Source: Pseudomonadota bacterium
Lineage (GTDB): Bacteria; Pseudomonadota; Gammaproteobacteria; Acidiferrobacterales; Acidiferrobacteraceae
Direction of reading: 5' to 3'
Length of the DNA stretch: 64,000 bases
Assembly (NCBI GenBank): GCA_021785035.1
Contig: JAJYGP010000063.1
Span: 17,254 to 81,253, forward strand
Every line of letters starts with the position of its first letter. Position 1 is the first letter of the stretch. Shown piece after piece: positions 42,278 through 55,872 of this stretch. The notes beneath the pieces were generated by a model that was not told the origin of the DNA, ran no database searches, and saw only the letters and a list, made by a program, of their open reading frames with translations. The translations under genes were made by a program, and so were the position numbers.

Positions 42278-42697
42278 ATGAACCTGAAAGGCACTAAAAC
42301 CCATGACAATCTCAAGGCCGCCTTTGCCGGTGAGTCCCAGGCCAACCGCCGTTACCTCTATTTCGCCGCAAAGGCGGACATAGAGGGTTTCAATGACGTC
42401 TCCGCGGTCTTCCGCTCCACCGCCGAAGGGGAAACGGGCCACGCCCACGGTCATCTCGAGTACTTAGAGGCGGTAGGTGATCCTGCCACCGACCTGCCGA
42501 TCGGCAGCACCGCCAATAACTTGAAGGCGGCCATCGCCGGCGAGACCCATGAGTATACTGATATGTACCCGGGTATGGCGAAGTCGGCACGCTCCGAGGG
42601 CTTTGCGGAGATCGCCGACTGGTTTGAGACCTTGGCCAAGGCCGAGCGTTCACATGCCAACCGGTTCCAAAAGGCGCTCGACAGCCTAGGAAAGTAA
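42278..42697 (+). CDS. rbr: Rubrerythrin-family diiron protein (short form, no rubredoxin domain)
   Basis: 139 aa. [29 protein letters not shown]... plus two ExxH diiron motifs (EGETGH, ETHEY/ERSH). No C-terminal CxxC pairs. Confidence 0.88.
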   Translation: MNLKGTKTHDNLKAAFAGESQANRRYLYFAAKADIEGFNDVSAVFRSTAEGETGHAHGHLEYLEAVGDPATDLPIGSTANNLKAAIAGETHEYTDMYPGMAKSARSEGFAEIADWFETLAKAERSHANRFQKALDSLGK

Positions 42698-42765
42698 GTT
42701 CTTAGATATGATGCGTGAGGATGCGCGGGTCGGCTTTGCCGGCCCGCCTTCTTTTTGGAGGGAGT

Positions 42766-44112
42766 ATGGAGCAAGATAACGGGAAGTCAGTTATGCGCGA
42801 AGGGAACCTCGAGGCTCCGACGCGGCACGCCATCTCTTGGCAGGATCCCGCCTATTTCGATGCGACGGCGATCAATGCTGAACTTTTTCGCGTTTTCGAC
42901 ATCTGCCACGGTTGCCGACGGTGCTTTAACCTCTGTCAGTCGTTTCCGACCCTCTTCGATTTGATTGATAACTCCTCAGGAATGGAGGTGAAGGACGTCT
43001 CGCCTAGCGATTACAGCCGGGTAGTAGACCAGTGCTACCTCTGCGACATGTGCTATATGACGAAGTGCCCTTATGTTCCGCCCCATCCCTGGAACGTCGA
43101 TTTCCCGCACCTCATGTTGCGGGCGAAGGCCGCCAAATTTCGCGACGGCAAGACTCGTTTCCGGGATCGTGTGCTCGCAAGTACGGATGCGGTCGGACGC
43201 TTGGCGGGAATACCGGTTGTCACTGACATCGTCAACGCCGCCAATCGCAATGGCGTTGCGCGCAAGGTCCTAGAGACCGTCCTTGGCGTAGATCACCGGG
43301 CCCATATTCCGAGCTACCACAGCAAAACTTTTCGGAAGGGGTGGCGGTCCCAGGATATCGAACCCGTGACGACGCCGGGCACGACGGGGCGCGTCGCATT
43401 GTTCGCGACATGCTACGGTAACTACAATGAACCCGAGCTCGCAGCGGATTTGGCGAAGGTTTTTTACCACAATGGGATCTCAGTGCGCGTGTTGGACGAG
43501 GAGCGCTGTTGCGGTATGCCGAGACTAGAAGTCGGCGATCTAGACGGCGTGGCCGCCTTAAAGGAGTTCAATATTCCACGGCTTGCGGCGCTCGTGGATG
43601 AGGGTTACGACATCATCGCACCAGTCCCGTCTTGCGTCTTAATGTTTAAGCAGGAATTGCCCTTGCTCTTTCCCGATGACGAGCGTGTCGCGAAGGTAAG
43701 GAAGGCCATGTTTGATCCGTTTGACTACCTGCTTTTGCGCCATAAGGGCGGTCAGATGAGGACGGACTTCAAAAATCCCTTGGGCAAGGTCGCCTATCAC
43801 GTCCCTTGTCATCAACGGGTACAAAATATCGGCTTGAAGACCCGCGATCTCTTGATGATGGTACCGGGTACTACCATAGAGGTGATTGAGCGCTGCTCGG
43901 GCCATGATGGGACTTACGGCGTTAAGCGCGAGTTCTATGAAGACGCGGTCAAGATCGGGCGCCCCGTTGTAAAACGCATCCAGGATGCGGCCCCTGATCA
44001 TTTCATGAGCGATTGTCCCATCGCCGGGCATCACTTGGCGAACGGCATGAGCGGAGGTAGCGCGCCGATATCGCGATACGCGCTTTTGCGTCGGGCCTAC
44101 GGCATTGAGTGA
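42766..44112 (+). CDS. (Fe-S)-binding oxidoreductase, HdrD/GlpC-like with CCG domains
   Basis: Two ferredoxin-type clusters ([11 protein letters not shown]; [13 protein letters not shown]) followed by Cys-rich CCG-type repeats (...ATCYGNY...ERCCGMP...; ...VPCH...CSGHDGTYG). Start moved to ATG 42766 behind GGAGGG. Confidence 0.8.
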   Translation: MEQDNGKSVMREGNLEAPTRHAISWQDPAYFDATAINAELFRVFDICHGCRRCFNLCQSFPTLFDLIDNSSGMEVKDVSPSDYSRVVDQCYLCDMCYMTKCPYVPPHPWNVDFPHLMLRAKAAKFRDGKTRFRDRVLASTDAVGRLAGIPVVTDIVNAANRNGVARKVLETVLGVDHRAHIPSYHSKTFRKGWRSQDIEPVTTPGTTGRVALFATCYGNYNEPELAADLAKVFYHNGISVRVLDEERCCGMPRLEVGDLDGVAALKEFNIPRLAALVDEGYDIIAPVPSCVLMFKQELPLLFPDDERVAKVRKAMFDPFDYLLLRHKGGQMRTDFKNPLGKVAYHVPCHQRVQNIGLKTRDLLMMVPGTTIEVIERCSGHDGTYGVKREFYEDAVKIGRPVVKRIQDAAPDHFMSDCPIAGHHLANGMSGGSAPISRYALLRRAYGIE

Positions 44113-44139
44113 TCTCATTCCATAAAAGGAGAATGTCTT

Positions 44140-44445
44140 ATGGCGCATGAAGGCATGCATGAGGACCGGTCGGAATTGACAGACGCCACTCGCGAGATGC
44201 ATAGGGCAATTGTCTCGCTTATGGAAGAGCTGGAAGCGATCGATTGGTACCAGCAGCGGGTAGACGCCTGCCGGGATCCGGAGTTGCGCGCGGTTCTCGC
44301 GCATAACCGCGACGAAGAAAAAGAGCATGCGGCTATGACCCTTGAATGGATACGCCGCCACGATTCCGTGTTCGACCACGAATTGCGCGAGTATCTCTTT
44401 CGGGAGGGAAGCATCGTCGGCAAGGAACATGAAAACAAGGCTTAA
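44140..44445 (+). CDS. EncFtn-type (encapsulin-associated) ferritin-like protein, without C-terminal targeting extension
   Basis: 101 aa behind AAAGGAGA. Core ...HRAIVSLMEELEAIDWYQQRVDACRDPELRAVLAHNRDEEKEHAAMTLEWIRRHD... matches, from memory, the Rhodospirillum rubrum EncFtn core almost block for block. Confidence 0.75.
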   Translation: MAHEGMHEDRSELTDATREMHRAIVSLMEELEAIDWYQQRVDACRDPELRAVLAHNRDEEKEHAAMTLEWIRRHDSVFDHELREYLFREGSIVGKEHENKA

Positions 44446-44454
44446 GGAGACCCT

Positions 44455-49131
<4,677 letters not shown>

Positions 49132-49135
<4 letters not shown>

Positions 49136-49929
49136 CCCGCTGGGCTCTCGGCATCGAATACAACGGCGCCCGGTTTTGCGGGTGGCAGAGTCAAGTCGGT
49201 GTGGCGACTGTGCAAGATGCGGTCGAGCGGGCGTTGTCCCGGGTCGCGGATGAGCCGGTGCGGGTGATTGCAGCCGGCCGGACTGACACCGGGGTTCATG
49301 CCCATGGCCAAGTTGTGCACTTTGATACCGGCCAAAGCCGGCGTTCCGAGGCCTTTACGCGCGGTGCCAATACGCATTTGAGCGCGGATGTCTCGATCTT
49401 GTGGGCTCGTCCGGTCCCAGACGAGTTCCATGCTCGGTTTTCAGCCGTGGGCCGGACCTACCGCTATGTGATCCTCAACCGTCGGGTGCGCCCCGGTCTT
49501 TGGACGTCGCGCGTCAGTTTTGATTATCGGCCACTCGATGAAAAGCGCATGCAAGAGGCCGCCAATGCGCTCCTCGGACGCCATGACTTCACCTCGTTTC
49601 GTGCGAGCCAGTGCCAGGCAAAAAGCCCCGTCCGGACCCTGCGTCGCCTTGTGGTCGAACGCCACGGGGCGTTTATCGTGCTGACGGTCGAGGCTGATGC
49701 CTTTCTGCATCACATGGTGCGCAATATCGGCGGCGTCCTGTGCGCGATCGGCGCCGGTGAGCGGCCCGTTTCCTGGGCCGAGTCGGTTCTGAAGGCCCGC
49801 GACCGCACCCTGGGTGGCTTGACCGCAACACCGGACGGGCTTTATCTGGACGCGGTCCACTACCCCGATAAGTACGGACTCCCTCCTCTAAAAGACCCGG
49901 CTAGCTCGGCGGGGTTTGTGTTGTTTTAA
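49132..49929 (+). CDS. truA: tRNA pseudouridine(38-40) synthase TruA
   Basis: 265 aa. ...[12 protein letters not shown]... and catalytic GRTDTGVHA. Confidence 0.9.
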
Positions 49930-50076
49930 GGAGCATCGGCGCTCCGACGCGATAGGTGCGGGCTTCAAGTCTGAAGGCGCAAGATGTCAGGAACCTCGAC
50001 GGAACACGGGTGCTCAAGGGGCCTACCCGCAGTGCGGACCCCGTGGCCCATGGAGATGGGCGGGGGCCTGGGCCAC

Positions 50077-50098
50077 TATATATCAATGTTGATATATA
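50077..50098. promoter_or_regulatory. Perfect 10-2-10 palindrome, candidate ArsR operator
   Basis: TATATATCAA-tg-TTGATATATA read directly. Ends 25 nt before the arsR ATG (50124), in an AT-rich island inside GC-rich DNA. Layout is like the 12-2-12 operators of ArsR/SmtB repressors. Confidence 0.6.
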
Positions 50099-50123
50099 TC
50101 GAATAACATATATACTGGCCGCT

Positions 50124-50489
50124 ATGGTCTCTGAAGACACGCTCCTTGCGGCTTTGGGAAATGCCAGCCGTCGACGGTTATTGATGCTGCTTGCAACGTT
50201 TGGCGAGCTCTGTGTCTGTGAACTCGTTCATGCGGTCGATCTCCCGCAAGCCACCGTTTCGCGTCATCTCGCGACGGTCCGCCAGGCGCGCCTTGTTGAG
50301 GCGCGCAGACAAGGGACATGGATGTACTACCGCTTCGCTCGCGAAGTACCGTCGTGGGTCCTGGATATTGTGAATGCCCTACAGGCCGGTCCCGCAGGGG
50401 CGCTTTATCGCGAAGATAAACGCCGACTTCGGGCCATGCCGAATCGGCCTGCCCGTTGTTGTGATTACGAGGAGGAGCGTTCTTCATGA
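50124..50489 (+). CDS. arsR: ArsR/SmtB-family arsenic-responsive repressor
   Basis: 122 aa from ATG 50124. Metal site ELCVCEL in the wHTH. The track ORF starts 168 nt earlier and would run across the palindrome. Confidence 0.88.
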   Translation: MVSEDTLLAALGNASRRRLLMLLATFGELCVCELVHAVDLPQATVSRHLATVRQARLVEARRQGTWMYYRFAREVPSWVLDIVNALQAGPAGALYREDKRRLRAMPNRPARCCDYEEERSS

Positions 50490-50935
50490 GTCGATTTCAC
50501 ATTCATGTGGCGGTCAGTGACATTGACGTCGCTGTGCGGTTTTATAGCGGGCTCTTTGCTCACGCCCCATCGGTCGTGAAGCCCGATTACGCAGAATGGG
50601 TGTTGGCGGATCCGCGGGTGAATTTCGCCGTATCGACGCGCAGCGATGTCCTGGGTCTCAACCACCTGGGGATACAGGCAGAGACCGAAGACGAGCTCGC
50701 GATGTTGACGGCTCGAATCGAAAATGGACCGGGTCCGGTCGTAAAGGAGGGGCTCACAACTTGCTGTTACGCCGAGTCTGACAAGTCTTGGACGTACGAT
50801 CCGGACGGCTTGCCGTGGGAGGCCTATCGCACTATGGGTCAGGCCGCGGCCTTTACGCGCGGCGCGGACAGCGCTTGCTGCGTCCCGACACCGGCTGTGA
50901 TGGTTCCTATGCCAAAGAGCGGTAAGCCGCGGTAG
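50486..50935 (+). CDS. arsI: ArsI/CadI-family glyoxalase-fold metalloenzyme (candidate organoarsenical C-As lyase)
   Basis: 149 aa. HIHVAV..., HLGIQ, vicinal pair in ...[24 protein letters not shown]..., as remembered for ArsI. ATGA overlap with arsR. Confidence 0.65.
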   Translation: MSRFHIHVAVSDIDVAVRFYSGLFAHAPSVVKPDYAEWVLADPRVNFAVSTRSDVLGLNHLGIQAETEDELAMLTARIENGPGPVVKEGLTTCCYAESDKSWTYDPDGLPWEAYRTMGQAAAFTRGADSACCVPTPAVMVPMPKSGKPR

Positions 50936-50981
50936 AGTCCCCAATTTTTTAAAACGGCCGCCCTGCCGGGAGGAAGCGCGA

Positions 50982-52292
50982 ATGGTTCTAGCATTGGCGG
51001 TATTCGGACTGACCCTGTTTTTGGTGATCGCTCAGCCGAGGGGTCTTGGTATCGGTTGGGGCGCGTCTATAGGAGCGCTGCTCGCTCTTCTTTTGGGTGT
51101 CGTTCATCTCGATAACATCCCCGTGGTTTGGGGTATCGTGTGGAACGCTACGTTCACCTTTGTCGGGCTTATTATCATCTCGCTTCTTCTGGATGAAGCC
51201 GGGTTCTTTCACTGGGCCGCACTGCACATGGCGCGAAAAGGACGGGGCCGGGGCCAGGTGTTGTTCCCCTTGATTATTTTGCTTGGGGCTTTGGTATCGG
51301 CCCTGTTTGCCAATGATGGCGCCGCTCTCATTCTTACACCGATCGTGCTTGCCATGCTTTTGGCGCTCGGGTTCCCCCCGGCCGCCGCTTTTGCCTTTGT
51401 GATAGGCACAGGCTTTGTCGCCGACACAACCTCTTTGCCGTTTGTGATCTCCAATCTTGTCAATATCGTGTCCGCCGATTTCTTTGGCATCGCTTTTCGT
51501 CAGTACGCACTTGTTATGGTGCCGGTCGACCTGGTGGCAGGTCTCTCGACGTTTGCGGCGCTCTGGGTCTATTTTCGGCGCGATATTCCTGCGTCATACG
51601 ATGTGGCCCAATTAAACGACCCCGCGTCGGTGGTTACGGATCCTTTGTTGTTTCGATTGAGCTGGCCTGTGCTCCTCATATTGCTTTTGAGCTACTTTGT
51701 GGCCGGACGGCTGCGGGTGCCGGTTTCGCTGCTGACCGGGATCGCGGCCTTGGTTTTGCTATTGATCGCGGCGCGCGTCTGGCGTGGGGGCAAGACGGCC
51801 ATAGTGCCGGTGGGGAAGGTGTTGCGCGGAGCGCCCTGGCAAATCGTCGTGTTCAGCCTTGGTATGTATTTGGTCGTCTATGGCCTACGTAATGCCGGAC
51901 TCACGGTCATGCTGGCTTCGCTGCTGCATACCTTCGCCGAACACGGCATTTGGGCCGCCACTTTGGGCACAGGGTTTCTGACCGCGGGTCTCTCTGCCGT
52001 CATGAATAATTTACCGACTGTGCTGGTGGGTGCCTTGGCCATCCACGGCATGGCGGCGGTGCCGGCTACGACCCGGCAGGCGATGGTGTATGCGAACGTC
52101 ATAGGGTGCGATATAGGCCCAAAATTCACCCCGCTTGGCAGCCTAGCTACCCTCCTATGGCTACACGTCTTGGCGCGTAAAGGACAGACCATATCGTGGC
52201 GAACTTACATGCGGGTCGGTCTTGCACTAACGCCCGCCGTGCTTTTGGTGACCTTGGTGAGCCTCGTGCTGTCCCTGCAGTGGCTCAACTAA
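50982..52292 (+). CDS. arsB: Arsenite efflux permease ArsB
   Basis: 436 aa, ~12 TM. ArsB-type sequence (...[15 protein letters not shown]..., ...NNLPTVLV...). Confidence 0.88.
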   Translation: MVLALAVFGLTLFLVIAQPRGLGIGWGASIGALLALLLGVVHLDNIPVVWGIVWNATFTFVGLIIISLLLDEAGFFHWAALHMARKGRGRGQVLFPLIILLGALVSALFANDGAALILTPIVLAMLLALGFPPAAAFAFVIGTGFVADTTSLPFVISNLVNIVSADFFGIAFRQYALVMVPVDLVAGLSTFAALWVYFRRDIPASYDVAQLNDPASVVTDPLLFRLSWPVLLILLLSYFVAGRLRVPVSLLTGIAALVLLLIAARVWRGGKTAIVPVGKVLRGAPWQIVVFSLGMYLVVYGLRNAGLTVMLASLLHTFAEHGIWAATLGTGFLTAGLSAVMNNLPTVLVGALAIHGMAAVPATTRQAMVYANVIGCDIGPKFTPLGSLATLLWLHVLARKGQTISWRTYMRVGLALTPAVLLVTLVSLVLSLQWLN

Positions 52293-52321
52293 CTTGTGAA
52301 TATCCAAACCTAGCAGGGCTT

Positions 52322-52798
52322 ATGCGCGTGCTATTTTTGTGTACCGGCAACAGTTGTCGCAGCCAGATGGCGGAGGGTTGGTTGAGACATCTCGCGGGTT
52401 CCGGCATGGAGGTCGAGTCCGCCGGACTCGAGGCCCAGGGACTGAATCCGGCGGCCGTGCGCGCCCTGGCCGACCGCGGGACCGATATTAGCGCTCAGGC
52501 GTCGAAGGTGGTCGATGCCGCGATGGTGGCCCGCGCCCAGTTGGTCGTGACGGTCTGTGGCCATGCCGATGCGCATTGCCCGGCACTGCCGCGCGCTGTT
52601 GCCAAACAACATTGGCCATTCGATGATCCCGCGCGAGTGACGGGCGATGCTGCGACTATTGGGCGCGCGTTCGAGGAAACGTGTCATGCCATTGAGATGC
52701 GAATGCGGATTTGTTATCGCATACATAGTAGATACAGTAGGGGACAATTTGGAGGGCCGTATTGCCACCATTGTGGGAAATATTGCAAATGGAATTAA
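52322..52798 (+). CDS. arsC: Arsenate reductase, thioredoxin-coupled LMW-PTP type, with an atypical ~25-aa C-terminal extension
   Basis: MRVLFLCTGNSCRSQMAEGW (CX5R loop) and VCGHADAHCP (second and third Cys). Start at ATG 52322. The homologous part ends near ...HAIEMRMR and the reading frame continues into AT-rich DNA. Confidence 0.85.
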   Translation: MRVLFLCTGNSCRSQMAEGWLRHLAGSGMEVESAGLEAQGLNPAAVRALADRGTDISAQASKVVDAAMVARAQLVVTVCGHADAHCPALPRAVAKQHWPFDDPARVTGDAATIGRAFEETCHAIEMRMRICYRIHSRYSRGQFGGPYCHHCGKYCKWN

Positions 52799-53169
52799 TA
52801 TAACCGCTGCGTTACTTGTGCTTTCGCAACTGTTGTCAAAGTCGAATTCAGAGCCGAACGGAACCTGCACAAACTTTCCATGGGGGCCATGCGTTATGAA
52901 TAATACCGTGTATAATTGTGGCGATCCCGGCTATGCGGCACGCCTTAACGCGAATGGAATATAAAAAGCCGATCATTGCGGCCGCATTATTAAGTCCATT
53001 TATCAGTTCATTTAAGCAAAGCGGTAGGTGGACAAAAAAATATCACCGCGGCTGCCTATCGTTTTGCAGGCATATTTAGGAGAGATATTCCCAGTGAGAC
53101 TTTCGAAACCGGGTAAAATGTATATGAGCGAACCGGTAAGCCGTTACAGGCGGTCTTAAGGGGAGGGTT

Positions 53170-53487
53170 ATGACGATGCCATCGTGGGTGCTAGAACATA
53201 CGGTTGAATCTGGTTTGGCTATTAATATTTTGGCTGTCGCTGTTGGTGTCGCTATAGGTATTCGGATGTATCGTCTATGGGGGGAGAGATGGGCCAATGA
53301 GTCGCGTTTTCGGGTATCCCTCACCGTACTCTATACCCTCGTGAACATCGGCTTGGTCTCTCTTTCCTTTGTATTGCTGGAGTCCCATAGGCGGCTTACG
53401 GCTTTTACCGCGATAGCCTTAGTCATGACGACGGTTGCAGCTTTTATGACGTTAAGAAAATTTCATAGGCAGCGCCCACGATCATAA
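53170..53487 (+). CDS. Hypothetical small membrane protein (3 predicted TM) in the AT-rich patch
   Basis: ATG 53170 lies 4 nt after AAGGGGAGGG. Three hydrophobic stretches (LAINILAVAVGVAIGI; LTVLYTLVNIGLVSLSFVLL; AFTAIALVMTTVAAFM). No recognisable family. Confidence 0.45.
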   Translation: MTMPSWVLEHTVESGLAINILAVAVGVAIGIRMYRLWGERWANESRFRVSLTVLYTLVNIGLVSLSFVLLESHRRLTAFTAIALVMTTVAAFMTLRKFHRQRPRS

Positions 53488-53597
53488 ACATCCGAGTCCC
53501 GGATATAATACATAGGGCCCCGGATAACTTAGGAACGTTCGTAGGGCACCTCTGGGGTGGCCGCCATAAAGAAACGGGAATGGTAAAATGGCGCCAG

Positions 53598-53800
53598 TCA
53601 AACGGAATAAGTCTTTGCGCCAGCTTGCTGCACCTTAGCTTCTGGCGTCTTCGAGACCCACAGGAAGCCAACCCGCCCGGCCACGGCCTGATGTTTCAAT
53701 CGTTGCGCATATCGTGCCAACGTCTTCTTGGCTCACCTTCATTTGGGATCTACCGAGGCGACGACCGTTCTGATACGAGGGGACATGACCAGGCGAAAAG
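53598..53800 (-). pseudogene. Possible remnant of a tyrosine recombinase (phage-type integrase) C-terminus
   Basis: Own minus-strand translation: ...ALSFRLVMSPRIRTVVASVDPK*R*AKKTLARYAQRLKHQAVAGRV... Compare the usual integrase end ...[42 protein letters not shown]... Two in-frame stops; no upstream catalytic boxes recognisable. Confidence 0.3.
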
Positions 53801-54014
53801 AAAGCGCTTCCGGACTGGCAGCGCCGGTGTCCGCACCGCAGTTCCACGTGGGGCCGAGTTGACAATGTGGTGCACGCGCTCTTGTGATAGCGGGAAATGA
53901 GATTAGCCGGTGTCTGCGGCTGCGGGGGACCGTCTGATGTGTAAAGCGGCGGAAGCGTCTCCGCGATGAAGCCCGAGACTTATCTCATAGCCGCTTACGC
54001 TTGGTGGAAGCGGT

Positions 54015-55397
54015 TCACAGGATATCAGTCGCGTAGTCAGCAAGCCGTGAGCGCTCTCCGCGTCGCAAAGTCACATGTCCGCTGTGTTTCCAACCCTTAA
54101 AACGATCGATCACGTAGGTTATCCCAGAGGTGGTTTCCGTGAGGTAAGGGCTGTCGATTTGGGCGATGTTGCCAAGACAGACTACCTTGGTTCCGGGCCC
54201 GGCGCGGGTGATAAGGGTCTTCATTTGGTGCGCAGTCAAATTCTGGGCTTCATCAATAATGATGAACTTGCGCAGGAAGGTCCGCCCGCGCATAAAATTC
54301 AAGGATTTGATCCGCACCCGGGAGCGAATAAGGTCGGTGGCCGCCGCCCGCGCCCATTGCGATTGGGCGCGGCTTTCGAGTTCGGCTTGGTTTAGGACGT
54401 CGAGATTATCCTCGAGGGCGCCCATCCACGGCCCCATTTTCTCCTCCTCGGTTCCTGGAAGGAAGCCAATATCCTCGCCCACCGGGATCGTGACCCGGGT
54501 CATGATGATCTCGGTGTAGAGCTCTTGTTCCAGGGTCTGGTGAAGGCCGGCCGCCAGAGTGAGGAGTGTTTTGCCGGTACCGGCGTGGCCGAGGAGGGTG
54601 ACAAAGTCGATCGCCGGGTCCATTAACAGGTTGAGAGCGAAATTTTGTTCGGTATTGCGGGCGCGAACACCCCACACGGCCTTGCCTTGGGGGCCGTAAT
54701 CCCGTATGCCCTCAAGGCGAGCGCGGTTGCCACCCACTTCGCGCACGATAGCTTCGGTCGGGAGCCCATCGTCTGCGACCAGGAATTCGTTGGGGTACCA
54801 ATTCTCGGTGACGGCGCCGCACACCTCATAGCTGGGAAGACCGTTAGGCGACGGGTGAGCGGCGAGAGAATCTTTTGGTCCAAGATGCAGTGGTTCGATC
54901 CCCCGGTACAAAAGATCAGCGTCGTCCAAAACGCGATCACTCGCGTAATCCTCGGCCCTCAGACCCAAGGCACGGGCCTTGATGCGTAGGTTTATATCTT
55001 TACTGACAAGGATGACGCTTCGGCCCGTCTGGGTGTCGGCAAGATCCCGAGTGAGCGCCAAAAGCTGGTTATCCGCCGTGTGGGCGACGAATGCCTCTGG
55101 TAGGGGGCGGTTCGAGGTCTTTAGGGGGATAAAGAGCCGGCCAGCCGGCCGGTCTGCGCGGCTCGGGAGCGGAGCCCCCAACTCGAGGTTGGTCGCTTGG
55201 GTCAGGATTTCGTCAAGGAAGCGGCTGGCCTGACGTGTATTGCGGGCCACCTCGGAGCTTCCCGTTTTATGGGCGTCGAGTTCCTCTAAGACGATAATCG
55301 GGATGTAGACGTCGTGTTCCTCGAACCGATAGACGGCCGCGGGGTCATGCATCAAAACGTTGGTGTCAAGGACGAACAGCTTTCGGTTGGTTGTCAT
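54015..55397 (-). CDS. PIN-domain / PhoH-like ATPase fusion (PhoH2/YlaK type)
   Basis: 460 aa. N-terminal PIN (FVLDTNVLMHDP...; VSKDINLR). C-terminal PhoH P-loop GHAGTGKTLL and IIIDEAQN. Confidence 0.88.
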   Translation of the reverse strand: MTTNRKLFVLDTNVLMHDPAAVYRFEEHDVYIPIIVLEELDAHKTGSSEVARNTRQASRFLDEILTQATNLELGAPLPSRADRPAGRLFIPLKTSNRPLPEAFVAHTADNQLLALTRDLADTQTGRSVILVSKDINLRIKARALGLRAEDYASDRVLDDADLLYRGIEPLHLGPKDSLAAHPSPNGLPSYEVCGAVTENWYPNEFLVADDGLPTEAIVREVGGNRARLEGIRDYGPQGKAVWGVRARNTEQNFALNLLMDPAIDFVTLLGHAGTGKTLLTLAAGLHQTLEQELYTEIIMTRVTIPVGEDIGFLPGTEEEKMGPWMGALEDNLDVLNQAELESRAQSQWARAAATDLIRSRVRIKSLNFMRGRTFLRKFIIIDEAQNLTAHQMKTLITRAGPGTKVVCLGNIAQIDSPYLTETTSGITYVIDRFKGWKHSGHVTLRRGERSRLADYATDIL

Positions 55398-55398
55398 C

Positions 55399-55872
55399 CT
55401 AGCCGACGATCTCGCGCAGATCTTTTAGTACTGACAAGATGTGGCCTTCGACCTTTACTTTGCGGTATTCGCGCCGTAAGACCCCCTTTGCGTCAATAAT
55501 GAAGGTGCTGCGCTCTATCCCCATCGACTTTTTCCCGTAGAGGTTCTTTTCTTTGATCACATCGAAGGCCGCGCAAAGCGTCCCGTTACTATCGGAGATC
55601 AAGTCGAACGGAAAGCATTGCTTGTTCTTGAAGCCCTCGTGGGACTTCAGGTCGTCGCGCGAAACCCCCAGGATGACGGCGTTGAGGGCCTCGAATTCCT
55701 CGTAATGGTCACGAAAGTCCTGCCCCTCTGTCGTACAGCCGGGAGTGTTGTCTTTGGGGTAAAAGTACAATATAAGGTTTTTACCCCGTAATTCGGATAG
55801 TCGAAAGCTTTGGTCGTCAGTGGCCTGAACGGCCAAATCCGGGATCGGTTGACCGATTTCAATTGTGTTCAT
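55399..55872 (-). CDS. bcp: Thioredoxin-dependent peroxiredoxin Bcp
   Basis: 157 aa from ATG (rc of 55870-55872): MNTIEIGQPIPDL...YFYPKDNTPGCTTE (peroxidatic Cys). The track ORF's 66-codon N-terminal extension has no support. Confidence 0.88.
   Translation of the reverse strand: MNTIEIGQPIPDLAVQATDDQSFRLSELRGKNLILYFYPKDNTPGCTTEGQDFRDHYEEFEALNAVILGVSRDDLKSHEGFKNKQCFPFDLISDSNGTLCAAFDVIKEKNLYGKKSMGIERSTFIIDAKGVLRREYRKVKVEGHILSVLKDLREIVG

Noticed and set aside
44407-44445. C-terminal ...EGSIVGKEHENKA of the EncFtn-like protein considered as a degenerate encapsulin targeting peptide (compare GSLGIGSLK)
   Set aside because: By alignment with the remembered R. rubrum sequence, this segment corresponds to the ...TEGPITAIEAA... 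part of the core and linker, not to the distal targeting motif. Only G-S and one G match.
49956-50123. Track ORF start for arsR at 49956, and similar N-terminal extensions for cytochrome c4 (2052), ERCC4 (10744), murF (17962), murG (22855), murC (23927), the Nudix fusion (36738), the Fe-S oxidoreductase (42715), arsC (52196), bcp (56070) and galT-like (62934)
   Set aside because: The extensions overlap upstream genes or regulatory palindromes, lack SD sequences and add non-homologous residues. Internal ATG/GTG codons with good SDs give canonical N-termini.
53076-53324. 82-aa minus-strand ORF, plus the plus-strand ORF 53580-53900, in the AT-rich patch
   Set aside because: The first is antisense to the better-supported 53170-53487 membrane ORF, which has a strong SD. 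The second has no SD or motif and overlaps the putative integrase remnant on the other strand.
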